From positions 7,440,001-7,504,000 of the forward strand of contig JBHGNT010000001.1 of assembly GCA_043228905.1 (NCBI GenBank): DNA of 64,000 nucleotides, in the 5' to 3' direction. Origin of the DNA: Azolla caroliniana (Eukaryota > Plantae > Polypodiophyta). Positions within the stretch are counted from its first letter, which is position 1, and every line of letters starts with the position of its first letter. Below are positions 32,418-45,800 of this stretch, piece by piece. Under the pieces are notes generated by a model. It was not told the DNA's origin. It did no database searches and worked only from the letters and a program-made list of their open reading frames with translations. The position numbers and the translations under genes are program-made.

Positions 32418-35400
32418 TCACTCCTGTTGACCAACTTCAGGCAAAGAAAATTCATCAGGAATTAGCGACAAGGGAAAATCAGGCAGCTCTGGAACTTGAT
32501 CTGGGATCCTGCTTGTTAAGTAATGTCCATCAAGAATTTGCATACCCAATGCCCTTAATCACTCAAATACACAAAAAATAAACTTGTTAACGATGATCAC
32601 CTTTCCTGGCTGTACATCTCTTTCTGAATTCTCACTTTGCTTGCATAATCCCGTGGAACCTTCTCTGATAAATATTTCATAGCACCCCACAAAGGATGTG
32701 TCCTGCCAATAGGAGAATATGTATAAGCAAAACCTCACTCTGGTGTGCATCCTTCATTTATTTATTAACTTTAATTTGCATGCAGCAAAGAAATTGCAAC
32801 CTTGTTGCTGGAGTCTCTATGCAGAAAATTGCACAGAGTTTTTTACTCTCTTGTAGGCATGTATCCGCGGTCTTAAGGCAAAGGACAGCTTTAGCATGTG
32901 TGCCTTCTTCACTTCCTTCATCCAAAATGAGAGCATGGAAATAAAATGCAGAAGCCTGCAAAGAAGAATAGTAAGGGTTTGATGACAATTACATTGTCTC
33001 TACCTCTTCAGCCCGTGGTTTTATACCTTATTATGATCAATACTGATAATAAGCAAAGAATTCAAAGATTAAAGGAAAAATAATGGATTTAACGATGCTT
33101 AACCACACCAACCAACCCTAAGCAGAAGACAAAAGAAAAATACAAAATCCCATTGGTTCCCATACCACTGAATATGGCCTTGTATTAAACCTTAGTTGTT
33201 AGCCAATGATGGATCAGAAATAGGTGAGCTTTGCCTTACCAACTGTCTTAGCATCTCAAGGAGCCATCTCAAAGGAGGTAGTTAGTCCACTTTATATAGC
33301 TGAAATCCGTAAGTTCCCAAATTGTGATGAGTTCTCACATGTCCCAAGTCCTAGGATAACCCGTTTCCCACTTACCCTACCTTTAAATCCATTGAAATTA
33401 GCCTTTAGAATTTGTTCATCAGGCTATCCCCATAACCTGTGCCCTTTTGTATCACATGTTTTCACACAGTCCTCCTTGGACCAGAGCATTACTTCAACCA
33501 CTACACAAAATTCTAATTGTTCTAATTTCCTTTTATATAGTGGAACTCCTTAGGGTTCCAGACTGCAATGTGTTCTCACGTGTCTCAAGTTCCTATGATT
33601 TGTCCACAGTCTTAAGATAACAGTTTTCCACTTATCCTAACCTTAAATCGATTGAAATTAGCCTTTAGAAGTGGTTCATAAGGCTATACCTGCAGCATAC
33701 ATCCCTTCCTTTTGTATCATGTAAGATGTTCTTGCTTGGTTCTCCTTGGACCAGAGTGCATTACCTCAACTATAAGCAAAATTCTACAGATTCAATATAA
33801 GGAAGTTTTTTCTCAGTTCAGCTCCTGAATTATTTACTTTGTATTGTATTCTAATCATGATTTATACTTTTTTGGGCCTCCTAAGAAAATAGAAGGAGAG
33901 TTTATATGAAGATCCTTAAATAAGGGGAAATTGGCTAAGGTTTCAGTTCTCGTTGGATAATCCAAACCGACCTACTTACCAATGTGATCCATATCCACCA
34001 GATCTCTATAATGTGTCTCCTTATATACCAGTCAATTTGTTGGAATATGAGCAAGTCTGGTTACATATGATGCATTTTCAGGAGGATCTATGCTGAGGTA
34101 AGCTCATCTCAATATAACATAAGATCCATCCCCACCTGATTTCTACAATTTGATTCCTCTCTAATATTTCAAATATCAATGTCATTTGTGACACCTTCAT
34201 GCCTTCCAACAAAGAAAATCACAATGAACATAATTCTCACCTTGGCCTCAGCAAGCTTCCAATTCAGATAAAGTCGATGTTTCCCTCCCCAACCACCTCC
34301 TACATGAGCCTGTTCAATATTTTCATGTGCCTATTGCAGGGGAACTTGAGTTTGAGAACTGACACTGTTTATTGCAGGAATTTAATTCAAAATTCATGAA
34401 GGCATACAGTTAGGTGTAAACCTTTTGCCAATACTTGACTTGCTCACAGGCTAACCGGCGTTTCACAGCAAGTGTCGCCTTCATATTATCAACCGCCAGT
34501 CCTAGCTGAATCTCTACACACTGATATCAAAGAAGGCTTTTATGCATGGTTAATGGGTGCCAAAGTTGGCAGTATATGTATCATAGCTGAATAATTAGCT
34601 ACTAGCCTGTCCAAGAGCTTGCATTGACAGTGCATCAAGAACATCTTCTGCCAAATCCGCTGGAAGATTTTCCCTACCATGCAAGTGAAAGTTAACTTTA
34701 ACATCTGTGCATATTATCAACTAATGTTACACAAACCCATATAGCAGGGCATAATGCAGGATTTAAAACTAGTGCTTGGAAGGAGACTCATTGCATTGGG
34801 GACATCAGAGATTTGATCAAAACTAGATACAGTTTACCATTACATGCACTGGTAGGAAATCAATACTAGTAATCCTGCATTCTTCATACTAAAATATACC
34901 GCAAACAGACTCAATACAAAAATGGCTAACCCCATGCTGTAAACTAAACTACACCCAAGTCCGGGATAAGTTCTCACTTTGATTCCTGGGACAGCTTTGG
35001 CATAACAACCTTTACAGCACATTCCAAAATTCCAGCAGCTTTCAGAAACACATCAATAGCCTGCTTCCTTCTATCTGGAAAAATTAATAAAAATTATCCA
35101 TCCTCAAGCTCAAGATTGATAGTGATTATATGCATCTTCAAGAAACAAAAGAGACAGTCATGCAATGTACATAGTAAATCAAAATAATGAGTCCGGCTAC
35201 CTTATACCTACGGGGTTTACCACTTCGTATACATCATTTTCAGTAGTTTTTATTGACAGTAGTGCATTAGCTCTCATTAATTCAAGAACAGCCATGCTAT
35301 GAAGCACTGAAAGTACTTCATAATAATTGTCTGAAATCATTGTTTCCTGCATACAGAATATGTATTAAAGTCAATGGCAGCATGCATTTACAAGACCTGA

Positions 35401-38305
35401 ATGTCACACACTTACAAATTGAGAGAGAAATGGAGTAAACGAAATAAATTGTCTATGAGACCAAACCTGATGCAGTGCATTTGTCCTCTGGACATCATAA
35501 ATAAACTCAAGCTACAACTGGAAAGTAACAGCTAATCTGAAACAAACCAGGAATTCATCATGATGAGAGAAGTGACTACTTCTATCCAAAGACAGATCTT
35601 GGAGGATGTAATACATGAGATTTGAGGCCAAAGACTATTGCAATAAAAGCTGCTGGACCTGACATGAATCTCGCCTCCCTATCTTTGATTTCCTGTTTGT
35701 ATCTTTTCTGCATTTCTCATATATCTTAACGAATCAGATGTGGTGGGGACCTTAGATGTCTACTTTTGTGATAAAACCAGCTCCCTCTCTCAACCTAAAC
35801 CCCCTTCAAGATGTAATCTGCATCAGACTAGAGTAATCTAGGTCATTAACAGTTTAGGAGACTATTGGAGCAGACACGAGCATTACTGACATTAGTTTTA
35901 CATAGATACTCTGAAGGAGGTTGAAATAAATGTCTGTAAAGTAGATCCTATGATCTCTACATATAAGCACATCTTCAAACGCTATGCTCTTCAGACTCCA
36001 TGGTTCTCACATTCCAGGTCTTGTAATGTAAAATTTAATTACTCATGCTTTTCTAAGGATATGGCATATGATATGCCAAAAGTCTAAGTCTACTTCATGG
36101 GGGTTCACTTAGGAATAAGAACATTAACAACCATGTTTCATGTGCTATTTGTGATCTTATTAGTTTTTTATATATATCCTTCACTTTTAATGAGTAGTTC
36201 AGGCTGATTTGATTGCCACCCCTTAACGACAAAATAAAATCTGATAACAATCAAATTTTTAAAAATAATGCCAATGTCTTTACCCAAATTTCCAGAAATC
36301 TTTACATATATGTGTTTGCCAGAATGTCACTTATTTTGCTTTACTAATTGAGTTCTTACCATGTGCTGCTTAATTTAACCTACTTGTTAGTGTATATGGG
36401 TTAATTAATGTTCATTCATTAGTTGCAAGTAGGTTAACTACTGCAGAGTATTTCGTGGTACATTGCTTGATAGAAAAAATTTAATGAATAGAATTGCAGA
36501 TTCATCCTTTAATTTCGATTAATTTGTTGCACATTAGATAAATCTGGAATAAGTGGAAGCAACAACTAAATTAATTAAAAAATAATTAGTGCACTTTGGA
36601 TTAATTATTGACCTCTGCTTTCTGCTGGCTGGCCTAGCTATGGTTAGATATTTTTGGGCAGAAAAAAACTCACCTGCTTGATTCACGTATGCCATACAAA
36701 ACAGTGACATTTTGGAAAATATATAAATATTTGTGACATTATCGTAAATTTGTATTGGCATTTTTTAAACCAGACCATTATGAACTTCCATGCATGCTCA
36801 TATGTGAATGCTACAGTGAACCTCCTAGGGATCAATTTTAGTTTAAGATAGATGAGGGAAAAAATGCATTCAAAAATCTGCAAATCCAAGCCCCACACCT
36901 GTTCTGCATCCTCTTTATTCTTCCACGCAAATTTTACTCTAGCTGTTGACCCATCTCCTACAAGGAGAAGTAAACGTTTAGGAGAGAATTTTTTTACTAG
37001 CTGCTAAATAAGAATTTCAGTTATAGGAAACACCTTTTACCCAACCAAGGAATAAAGGTAGATATTCTTCCAATGTTTGCTGAAGATTCGTGACTGTTGT
37101 TCCAGCTGTAACAATTTAGATGTAAAAGGTTGTATATTAGATCAAACAAATACATACACTATATCACCTTATTAAAATGAACCCCAGTTTACATATGTTA
37201 ATAACACATAAACAGAATTTTCTTATGCATTGAGTTTGACGTATTTAACTCATCAAAGTAACAAAGAAAATTCATGAATCCAAGCATAGACACCACAGAA
37301 GACTCGCTACGTTTTGTACTGCATAGAGACAAGAGCAGTAGTCTCCTATCATGAGAGAATTAAACTCACGCAAACAATTGCAGCAGTTACAGTAGTGTCA
37401 TTGATATCGTTGAAACTCTCTCAATCATGTGCAATTCACAGATCAACAAAATAGTGATGCTCATTAAATATGATGTACCTTTTTCCTTCATAGATTTGTA
37501 TATCCTTTTCAAAATTGTTTTCAAATTCACTTTCTTATTAGTTTACCAAATCAGAAATGCATTGGCATTTTTGGACTAGCAATTGCACCTGAAATTATGA
37601 CTGAGTCGTATATTCACGTAGGAAAATGCATCATAAATGCACATGCACTAATGTTCTTCAGAATTTTATCGCAATCCAGAAAACTCCCAGATCAGAATTC
37701 AGGGAGTTTTTTTATTATTCTCTCGAGTTACCTTTTCATGCATGAAATAAAAATAAATCACGAGAAAATACAAAAAATATAAATTTGAAAGAAAATTTGT
37801 GTATTTTAGTCAATTATATTCCCATTACAGGTATTTGACATCTTTAGATATTAGTAGAAAATTCTTACAATTCTGTTGGATTTTGCTCCTTTTAGAGCTA
37901 ATCATTTCCAACCAGGAACTTCAAACACGTACATAAAATACATAGCTACACGCATGCACCTATACACACACATGTAAATACAAATATACACCAACATCCA
38001 TACACAATATAGTTATATAATGATTCAAAAAACATTGGATTGATGAGAAACTGGGAAATACCTGGCTGCGAAGCTGATTTGGAAGAATTGTCTGTGATCT
38101 CTGCATAAAGGGCATCTGCTGAGGTTCGAACTCGAGATCGGATCAAAAGAATCTGTTCAGGGACCTCTGTTTCTGAATCATTAGATATTTGCACCACAGA
38201 AGGGATCCTTAAACCAGGCCAAAACACAAGCATAGCCATGGAATCTGAATCTTCATCCAGACCTGAAGATCTACGGTTTCTCGATGAAGAGAATAAGCAA
38301 CCCAT
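32418..38305 (-). CDS. Endosomal-targeting BRO1-like domain protein (At1g73390/At1g17940-like), about 404 aa, with N-terminal MGC lipidation motif
   Basis: Minus-strand exons 38305-38062, 37105-37034, 36957-36899, 35346-35208, 35074-34978, 34673-34607, 34520-34422, 34330-34241, 32955-32801, 32702-32601 and 32508-32418 sum to 1215 nt. Family motifs: PGLRIP, LEEYLPLFLG, YEVLSVLH, AIDVFLKAAG, QALGQ.VEIQLG..KATLAVKRRLACE, GWGGKH, FHALILDEG, LWGAMKYLSEK, LPDFPLSLIPDEF. Confidence 0.92.
33330..33790. repeat. Older ~240-bp tandem duplication in a BRO1 intron
   Basis: Shared blocks GTTCTCAC.TGTC, ATTGAAATTAGCCTTTAGAA and CTCCTTGGACCAGAG each occur twice. Confidence 0.75.
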
Positions 38306-38436
38306 GAAGGATAATAATAATTAACCAACAAAAAACTATGCAGATCTGTTCAGGATATTCTCTCTGGTTCCTTCTTCTTGGTGATGTCAGATTAGGGTTA
38401 AGAGACGAACAGAGATCTCAACGCACACAGAGGGAC

Positions 38437-38471
<35 letters not shown>

Positions 38472-38472
<1 letters not shown>

Positions 38473-38533
38473 ACGTGCCTGTCATATACTGTGGCCACGT
38501 GATCAGCTTCCCGTTAGGGTCTGTTCACACGTG
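38472..38533. promoter_or_regulatory. Cluster of three G-boxes (CACGTG), one an ABRE (ACGTGGC on the minus strand), upstream of the BRO1 gene
   Basis: CACGTG at 38472, 38496 and 38528, 170-230 bp upstream of the ATG and next to a (GA)n tract. Confidence 0.55.
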
Positions 38534-38980
38534 CTTTTAAAATTTAGCTACATTGGGTGCGTTTAAAAGGCCAATCAATACAAATACATATATGTATGCT
38601 AATTCTTATGAGACGAGGCCGATAGATAGATAGCTCGGCTCGTAATCTCCTCCCGAGAGAGACCGATACTCCGCAACACTATCAATCCCATCATACGTAA
38701 TCTGTAGATTTCGATCCTGCGATGTATTATTCATAGTATACGTATTCCTACCTTTGGAAATGTACATGTGTGTCGACTTCACTATTCGTAGCTCGGAACC
38801 ATACATTTGGGTTGGCTCAACAGGTAAGGTTGTTGTCATGCCTTAAAAGTACATGCGATCCTACCTTGTATTATTCATGGCATATGTATTCCGAACTTTG
38901 AAAATGTACATGTGTGCCGGCTTCAGTGTCCGTAACTCAAAACCATACATTCGGGTTGGCTCTGCCATAAAAGGTTGGTG

Positions 38981-39042
38981 GCATGCATAGCTCAGCTAGT
39001 GAACTCGCTTGGTTGAGGGCCACATGTTCGACCCCTACATTC
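38981..39042 (+). mobile_element. Second tRNA-derived SINE-like head
   Basis: A-box-like TAGCTCAGCTAG and B-box-like GTTCGACCCC, followed by CTACATTC as in the element at 1151. Confidence 0.4.
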
Positions 39043-39298
39043 TACGGTACGCCACAATGGATCTCTCGATTCCAACACATGACATTCAGATTCTCGGCTG
39101 AAAGACACAGGGTGGATCGTGTGCCCCATTGGAGATTGGAATATCCAACTTGGCGATTAATCTCAGGAATATATTTTGGTACCAATTGGTGAAACAAAAG
39201 TGCCAATATCTAAAATGGGTAATTAGTTGTTAATATTGGGTTGGAAAAGCCACTAACACAAGGTGTCCCTTTGGAACACTTCACCAAAGGGGTGGTAC

Positions 39299-39705
39299 GG
39301 TAAGGAATGTGCAAACCGTAATACAAAACCAATCCTTCCCGGTTACTATCTAGAATGATTAACTCGATACACACATATGATAATCACATCAAGCACAGAA
39401 CGGTATTAACAAGATAAACAATACGTAAAGCCACATCACTTCTCTATTAATTATCCATTGTTAATTACATCGTCTCTGGATCCTTTTATAGGTATCCAGC
39501 TGTGTTACAAACTGCTACCAACCAGCAACCGGCTACGAACTAGTCCAGATCCGGATCAACATACCAATTCCGGGTCCGTTCGTCCGATCTTATAATTATC
39601 ATAATTTATCTAATTACAACTCCCAAAACCGGCTCCCCGTTCATACTCTGGCCTAACCGGCCAACATAATTTAACTAAAAACTAGTGATTAGAAACGAGC
39701 TTACA
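39299..39705 (-). mobile_element. Possible solo LTR (~407 bp)
   Basis: The minus strand begins TGTAAG and ends CTTACC (one mismatch from CTTACA), with an internal CCTATAAAAGG TATA box and several CCGG motifs. No clear target-site duplication. Confidence 0.35.
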
Positions 39706-42700
39706 GAATGGAGGTGAACAAATGACTCCACCATACGATTTGCAATAAACAACAGTCAATAATTGAGAGAGATCTATTGTTGTAAATGAGAAAAAGCATA
39801 CGTGAGTTGGGTTGTGCTTCACAATTCTTCACTTTGTTATTATGCGCAGTTATTGAATAGCAATTGGGATTGCTCCTCACCATTTGTTAATGTAACTCAC
39901 CCATGGGTATTATAGTTAGCTTATGTTGTGCATGGACTCTATTTGCACCGCATAAATAAAACCTTTAATTTAATCCAATCAATGAGCCCATCATTTTAGA
40001 CTATATTCATTTATAAGCTTATGGAAGGTAAACTTTTGGCTCGAGTTTATCGTGCAAGTGGGTTTAGTGAGTATGTGTAGGTTTTTTTTGTGTAAGAACA
40101 GGCACAACAAAGTCATTGTTGGTTGGTTTAGTGAAAAACAACAAAATACCCTTGATGTGCTTTTAGTTTTCTATAAGGATACTTGTGTTTTTTCTTTAAT
40201 TACCATGATACCCTTAGCGTTTTGATAAAAACAACAACAAATCAAAACAACACAAGTATTTACGTGTAAAACTATTAATTAAATTAATTTTAATAATAAT
40301 ACGATTATTATCGATGCTATCATTGGATCTAATTAGCATTATAATCATATTGGTTTTCTACAAGGATACTTGTATGCTTTCTTTAATTACCATAATACAG
40401 TTAGCTTTTAGATAAAAACAACATCAAATCAAAACCACACAAATATTTACGTGGAAAACTATTATTTTAGTAATAATAAGATTATCATCGATGCTTAATG
40501 CTTAGTGACAAAGATTGCACATGGTTAGCATTCCCAATTGCCATTTCGTACAAAGGTATTCATGTAGAGAGTCATGATTGGTGGGCTCCCATTAGGTTCA
40601 ACCTTAATGTCCAAGGAGACAAGGGCTAAGGTCAACTACAAGTTTTTTTTGTACCGTTCCATTCAAGGACACTACATATAGGTTCATTTAATGTTGTAGT
40701 GTTAAATGCCCCACAACACATATCATTGGAAGTACTTATTGATGATTTGGCAAGTCTTAACCCGTTGTTATTTGAGGCCTCAAACATGGGTTTTTGCTTG
40801 GTATTTTAAAAAATGGTCCGAATGACAAGTTGGAGACCTGTTCCAATTTCTACAATATTGGGGATTGCAACACAAATTGGAATATGTGGAATGCTTTAAG
40901 CAGGGGATGAAAGCCTATGTGACTAAGTTGGAAGGCATTCTCATGTGGAATTATTGGATGTTAGAGAGCATGCAGGGATCATTTCCTAATGAAGTGCACA
41001 TTCACATTTTCTAATGGCTTTCCAAGATACTCATCAAAGTCATATGATACAAGCAATATAATTAGTTATTACCAATGATATTATTATTGAAAACAATGAA
41101 ATAAACGAGGTTGTTATTCCTTCAGACCACCCCTAAGCAAGGGATTTGCGAGGATCCCTAAACACCATCGGCGTCCAATGCCATTGCATATGGTCCAGAT
41201 TGACGTACTTTGGCATAGATTAGACGATAGGCAACTTGACACAAGAACTTTGCCAAACCAGCAAGGTCTCATAGTCTCATAAAATGAGTATACATATATA
41301 TATCTTAAGCCTAAGGTGGGGGTATGTACAGTGTGATAAAAACACACACATTTGAGGTAAAAGGGGCTGCCTGCCAGGGGCATCTGGGGAAATAAGGAAA
41401 ACTGAAGGACTCACCCTGTATTAAAGTTACGAGGGAGACCATAGAGAGGGTTTTGGGTCAGCCAGGAGGAATATGGGGCTGTGAGAAGCGACTGAACAGA
41501 GTGATGGAAACAAATTCTCCAATGGACGATGCAGATTATCAGATGGACTGATAAGAGGTCTCTACTGATTCATGTAGATATATATATATATATATATATA
41601 TTGCTCTCTGTTGCATCGATGAGAGTCTCATCAAGTCCCTATTGTCGTCAATTGCGCGTTGCAAAATATGGTATACTATCAGATCAAACTAGCTGCACAT
41701 TGAATGTTTGTGATATATTTATGTACGCGTGTGTGTATATGTAGAAAGGGTTATCAATAACTTTGGGAACATATTCCAAATGTTGTGCAGTAGAGGTCAG
41801 TATTTGCATTGCAAAAGATAATTCAGCTTGATAAATTGCAAAGGTAAGGGTCTCTTTCCAAGCACAACGCAATTTCATCTTAAAGTCTCATTTGGATTCA
41901 AAGAATCAACGAAGAAAGGTAAGGGAAACTGCTCTCACTGTTACGCACATGTAAAGAGTAACCTAAAAAAACTCTTTGAAGAAAGGCAAGATGATTATTT
42001 GTTGAGATTATGGGAATAAATTTCTTTGATACTCAGTCAGGATGATCAGAATGAATTTCTAGGATTTTTTTAAGGTTATAAGAAAATGAATTGTATGCCA
42101 AACACAATATATTAATTGCATCTTACATTCTCATTTAAACTCACAGGATTCAACTTGACATTACCATCGAGATGATCAGAATGGGTCCTAAGAGATTGTT
42201 GTTGATGTAGGGTATTGTTAAGATTTCTAAATACAATATAATTACAACTTAAATTCTCATTTAAAATTATAGGTTCAAATTGAAGAAAGGAGCTTGAGAT
42301 TACCATCATGGGTTTCTGGGATATTGTTGAGGTTATGACAAAATAGGTTGTAGGATATGGTCGAGACATTATGATAGGCATGTCATATGATGTTGTTGAG
42401 TTTATCAGAATCGGTTTCTAGAATGCTGTTAATATTTTCAGAAAAAGATGTTTTGGGATGTATTTAGGATTATTTCTGGCATGGGATTCTGGGTAAAATG
42501 GTAAGCTATGTAGTATAGCTCACAATGACAATCTTCTTGTATCCCCAATGTATTTAGAGGCGTTGGGAAAGACAAAGAAACATGTGATAATTAGAAATTC
42601 CCAGTATCTAGATTCAAAAGAATGATGATCTTCATAATAGATAGATAGACATGAAGCTAAGCCTTATAGCTTCATCAATGGATCATTTTCATTTCCTAAC

Positions 42701-42813
42701 TGAAAGAGAACTATAGATGTGTGTGAGGGATATATCGCATTATTTATTACTTTTCTCATCTACTGCAGAATGGAGGGCCCAGACCTACAGGTAAATATGA
42801 CGACATATAAGAT

Positions 42814-45800
42814 ATGCAAGGGCAATGGAGGCAACAAAGGAATTGTTTTGGGATTGATGTTTTCTGTGGGCTCCGTGTTTACTCCATGGTGACTATGAAA
42901 GGAAGTGTGCGGCCTTCAATTACTTGTAAAGGTGTTCAGCTTTGCAAAGCGTTTAATACAGCTGATCATCAAGGACATATGAACCCTCCAGAGATGTACC
43001 ATAGTCTTCTCCAGAGTTGCATTAGGAAGAAGGATATAATAAAAGGTAGAAATCTACTTTCCTTGCTAACTTGTAATGGACTTGCTTCACACCCATCTTT
43101 TGGGGCCATTCTAATTAGCATGTTTGGCACATGTGGTAACTTGCAAGAAGCACAATGGTTGTTTTGCAGGTTGCCTCACCCTAATCTCTTTTCATGGACT
43201 GCAATAATATTGGCATATGCCAGGCTTGGCTATGGTGAACAAGCCATCAATATTTACCATCAAATGGATCATCTAAAACCCGATGAACATTTGTTCGTTT
43301 CTATACTCAAGGCGTGCATGGTTGGAGAGTATCTCATGGAAGGTATGCTCTTTCATGGTCATATCATTGAAGATGGGCTTGAACATCATACTGTTGTTGG
43401 AAACTCTGTAATTGAAATGTATGTTAAATATGGGATGCTTGAAGAGGCAGGCAATGTGTTTTCCTCTTTACCCAATCCATCTGTGGTCACATGGTCCATT
43501 GTAATAGTAGGTCTTGTAGAGCAAAGACAAAGTAGGGAAGCCATATGGCACTTCTGGCAGATGGAATTTGAGCCAGATAGTGTTGTCTTTGGCAATGCAT
43601 TGAAAGCATGCTCGTCACTACCAAGTCCAGATGAGGGTAGACTGATACATGCTAAAATCATTGAAGGTTGCCATGAAAAATCTTTACCAATCAATAACAG
43701 TCTTATTGAAATGTATGCCAATTCTGGCAGCCTGGAAGATGCACAAGGAGTTTTTATTAGAGCTCCTCAGCGCAGTATCATGGCATGGCATGCCCTTATT
43801 AGTGCAAATTTGCAACAAAGGGGCCGAGATGAGGATGCACTCTGTCTACTGCGGCAAATGGAATGGAATGACATTCAACCCACAAAATTAACATGGAATT
43901 TAGTCATTTCAGGACTTGTTCAACAAGACAAGGCTGACAAAGCTTTTCAACTATTCCTGGAGATGTTAAATAGAGGAATTAAACCTGACTCTGGTGTCCA
44001 CATAAGTACTCTGAAAGGTTGTACAAATATTAAGCTTGCGTGGATAGTTCATGCTCATATTGTTGAAACCTATCATGAAATGGATTCAACTATTAGGAAT
44101 ACTCTGATAGACATGTACGCAAGATGTAAAAGCTCACATGATGCATGCAGCATGTTCAACAGTTCATGGAAAAAAAATGTAGTCACGTGGACTGTGATGA
44201 TAAATTGCCATCTTTTGGAAAGAAACTATGATGAAGCATTTCTTTTGTTTGAGCACATGCATGAAAGTGGAGTGAAGCCCAATCATGTTACATTTCTTAG
44301 CATGCTCAAAGGATGTTCAACAGATGCATGCATAAGAAAGGGTGGAGCTGTACACCATTATATAGTTCGGTCTCATTTTGAGATGGATGAACTTATATGT
44401 AATAGTCTTATCGCCATGTACACAAGATGTGGGCTTTTGGATGATGCATATTGTGTGTTCAAGGGAATGTTGCAGAAAAGTGTGGTGACATGGACTGCGA
44501 TGATTGCAGGATATTCTCAGAATGGGTGTGTTTTAGAGGCTTCTACACTGTTTCAACAAATGCATGAGGATGGTGTACAACCTAACAATATTACTTGGAA
44601 TGCGATGGTTGCTGGGTTTGCTGAGCAAGGGCATAGTGAAGAAGCTATTGAAGTCTTTCAACACATGCAAAAGAAGGGCCATCAACCAGATGATGTCACA
44701 TTCATCGGCCTTTTGAAAGCATGTGGCAACTTAGCTCTACTGAGCCAGGGTGAGGCGATTCATTCATTGATAATTGAAGATGGCTATGATGGTGATGTCT
44801 TTGTTATAAACACGCTCATTGATATGTATGCAAAATGTGGCAGCATTGCGCATTCACGTAGAGCTTTTGATATCTTGCCAAAGCAAGATATAGGGACATG
44901 GAATGCAATGATTACTGGATATTCGTATTATGAAGAAGATGAGAAAGCTCTTTCGTTGTTGGAAAAGCTAGAGCAGGATGGCATATCCCCAGACCATACC
45001 ACCTTTCTGAGTGTATTATCATCATGTTCAAATATGCTGGCCGTAAGTGAAGGGAAACTAGTTCATTGTCTCATGGTTGAAAATAATCTCATCTCCGATA
45101 AGCTCTCCTGTAATGCACTTATAGACATGTATGCCAAATGTGGCAGTCTAAATGATGCTTATAGTGTGTTTGAAATGACCCTCCATCGTGATGTTATCAC
45201 TTGGAGTACAATGGCAGCAGGGTATACACAACAAAACAAATTTGCATCTGTGATTGAAGCTTTTGAGCAAATGAAACGTGAAGGCCTTGAACCAGATGAT
45301 GTGACGTTTCTCGGCCTTCTCTCAACATGTGCTCAGATGGGATTTCTACATGAAGGCTGTTGGTTGTTCTCATCAATGACTGAAATTTATGGTCTTACAC
45401 CAAAAATCTCTCATTTTAATTGTCTAGCTACGCTTATTGCCAATGCAGGTTGTTGGAATGAGGTTGATGATTTCCTACAAACGATGCCATTCCACCCTGA
45501 TATAATTGGCTGGACATCATTGTTATCGCGTTGTCGGTCACATGGAAATGTAGAGAAAGGAGAGCGATTCTTCAAACAAGTACTCACAACAAATCATAGG
45601 GATGCTGCTAGCCTACAACTGATGTCGAATATTTATTCCGAGGCTTGTATGCGAAGGAATGGAAATGAGATTGGAGAGCTAAAACAGTTTGTTAATTCAT
45701 GGAAGAAGCCAGGGAAGGCCTTCATAGAGGTTAATGAAATTGCCCATGCCTTTGTTGTGGGAGATACAACCCATGGTCAAAGTGATTTAATCTATTCAAA

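Noticed and set aside
38431-38485. miR535-like string (GACAAC..GAGAGAGAGCACG)
   Set aside because: The similarity comes from a GA microsatellite abutting a G-box; there is no complementary star arm.
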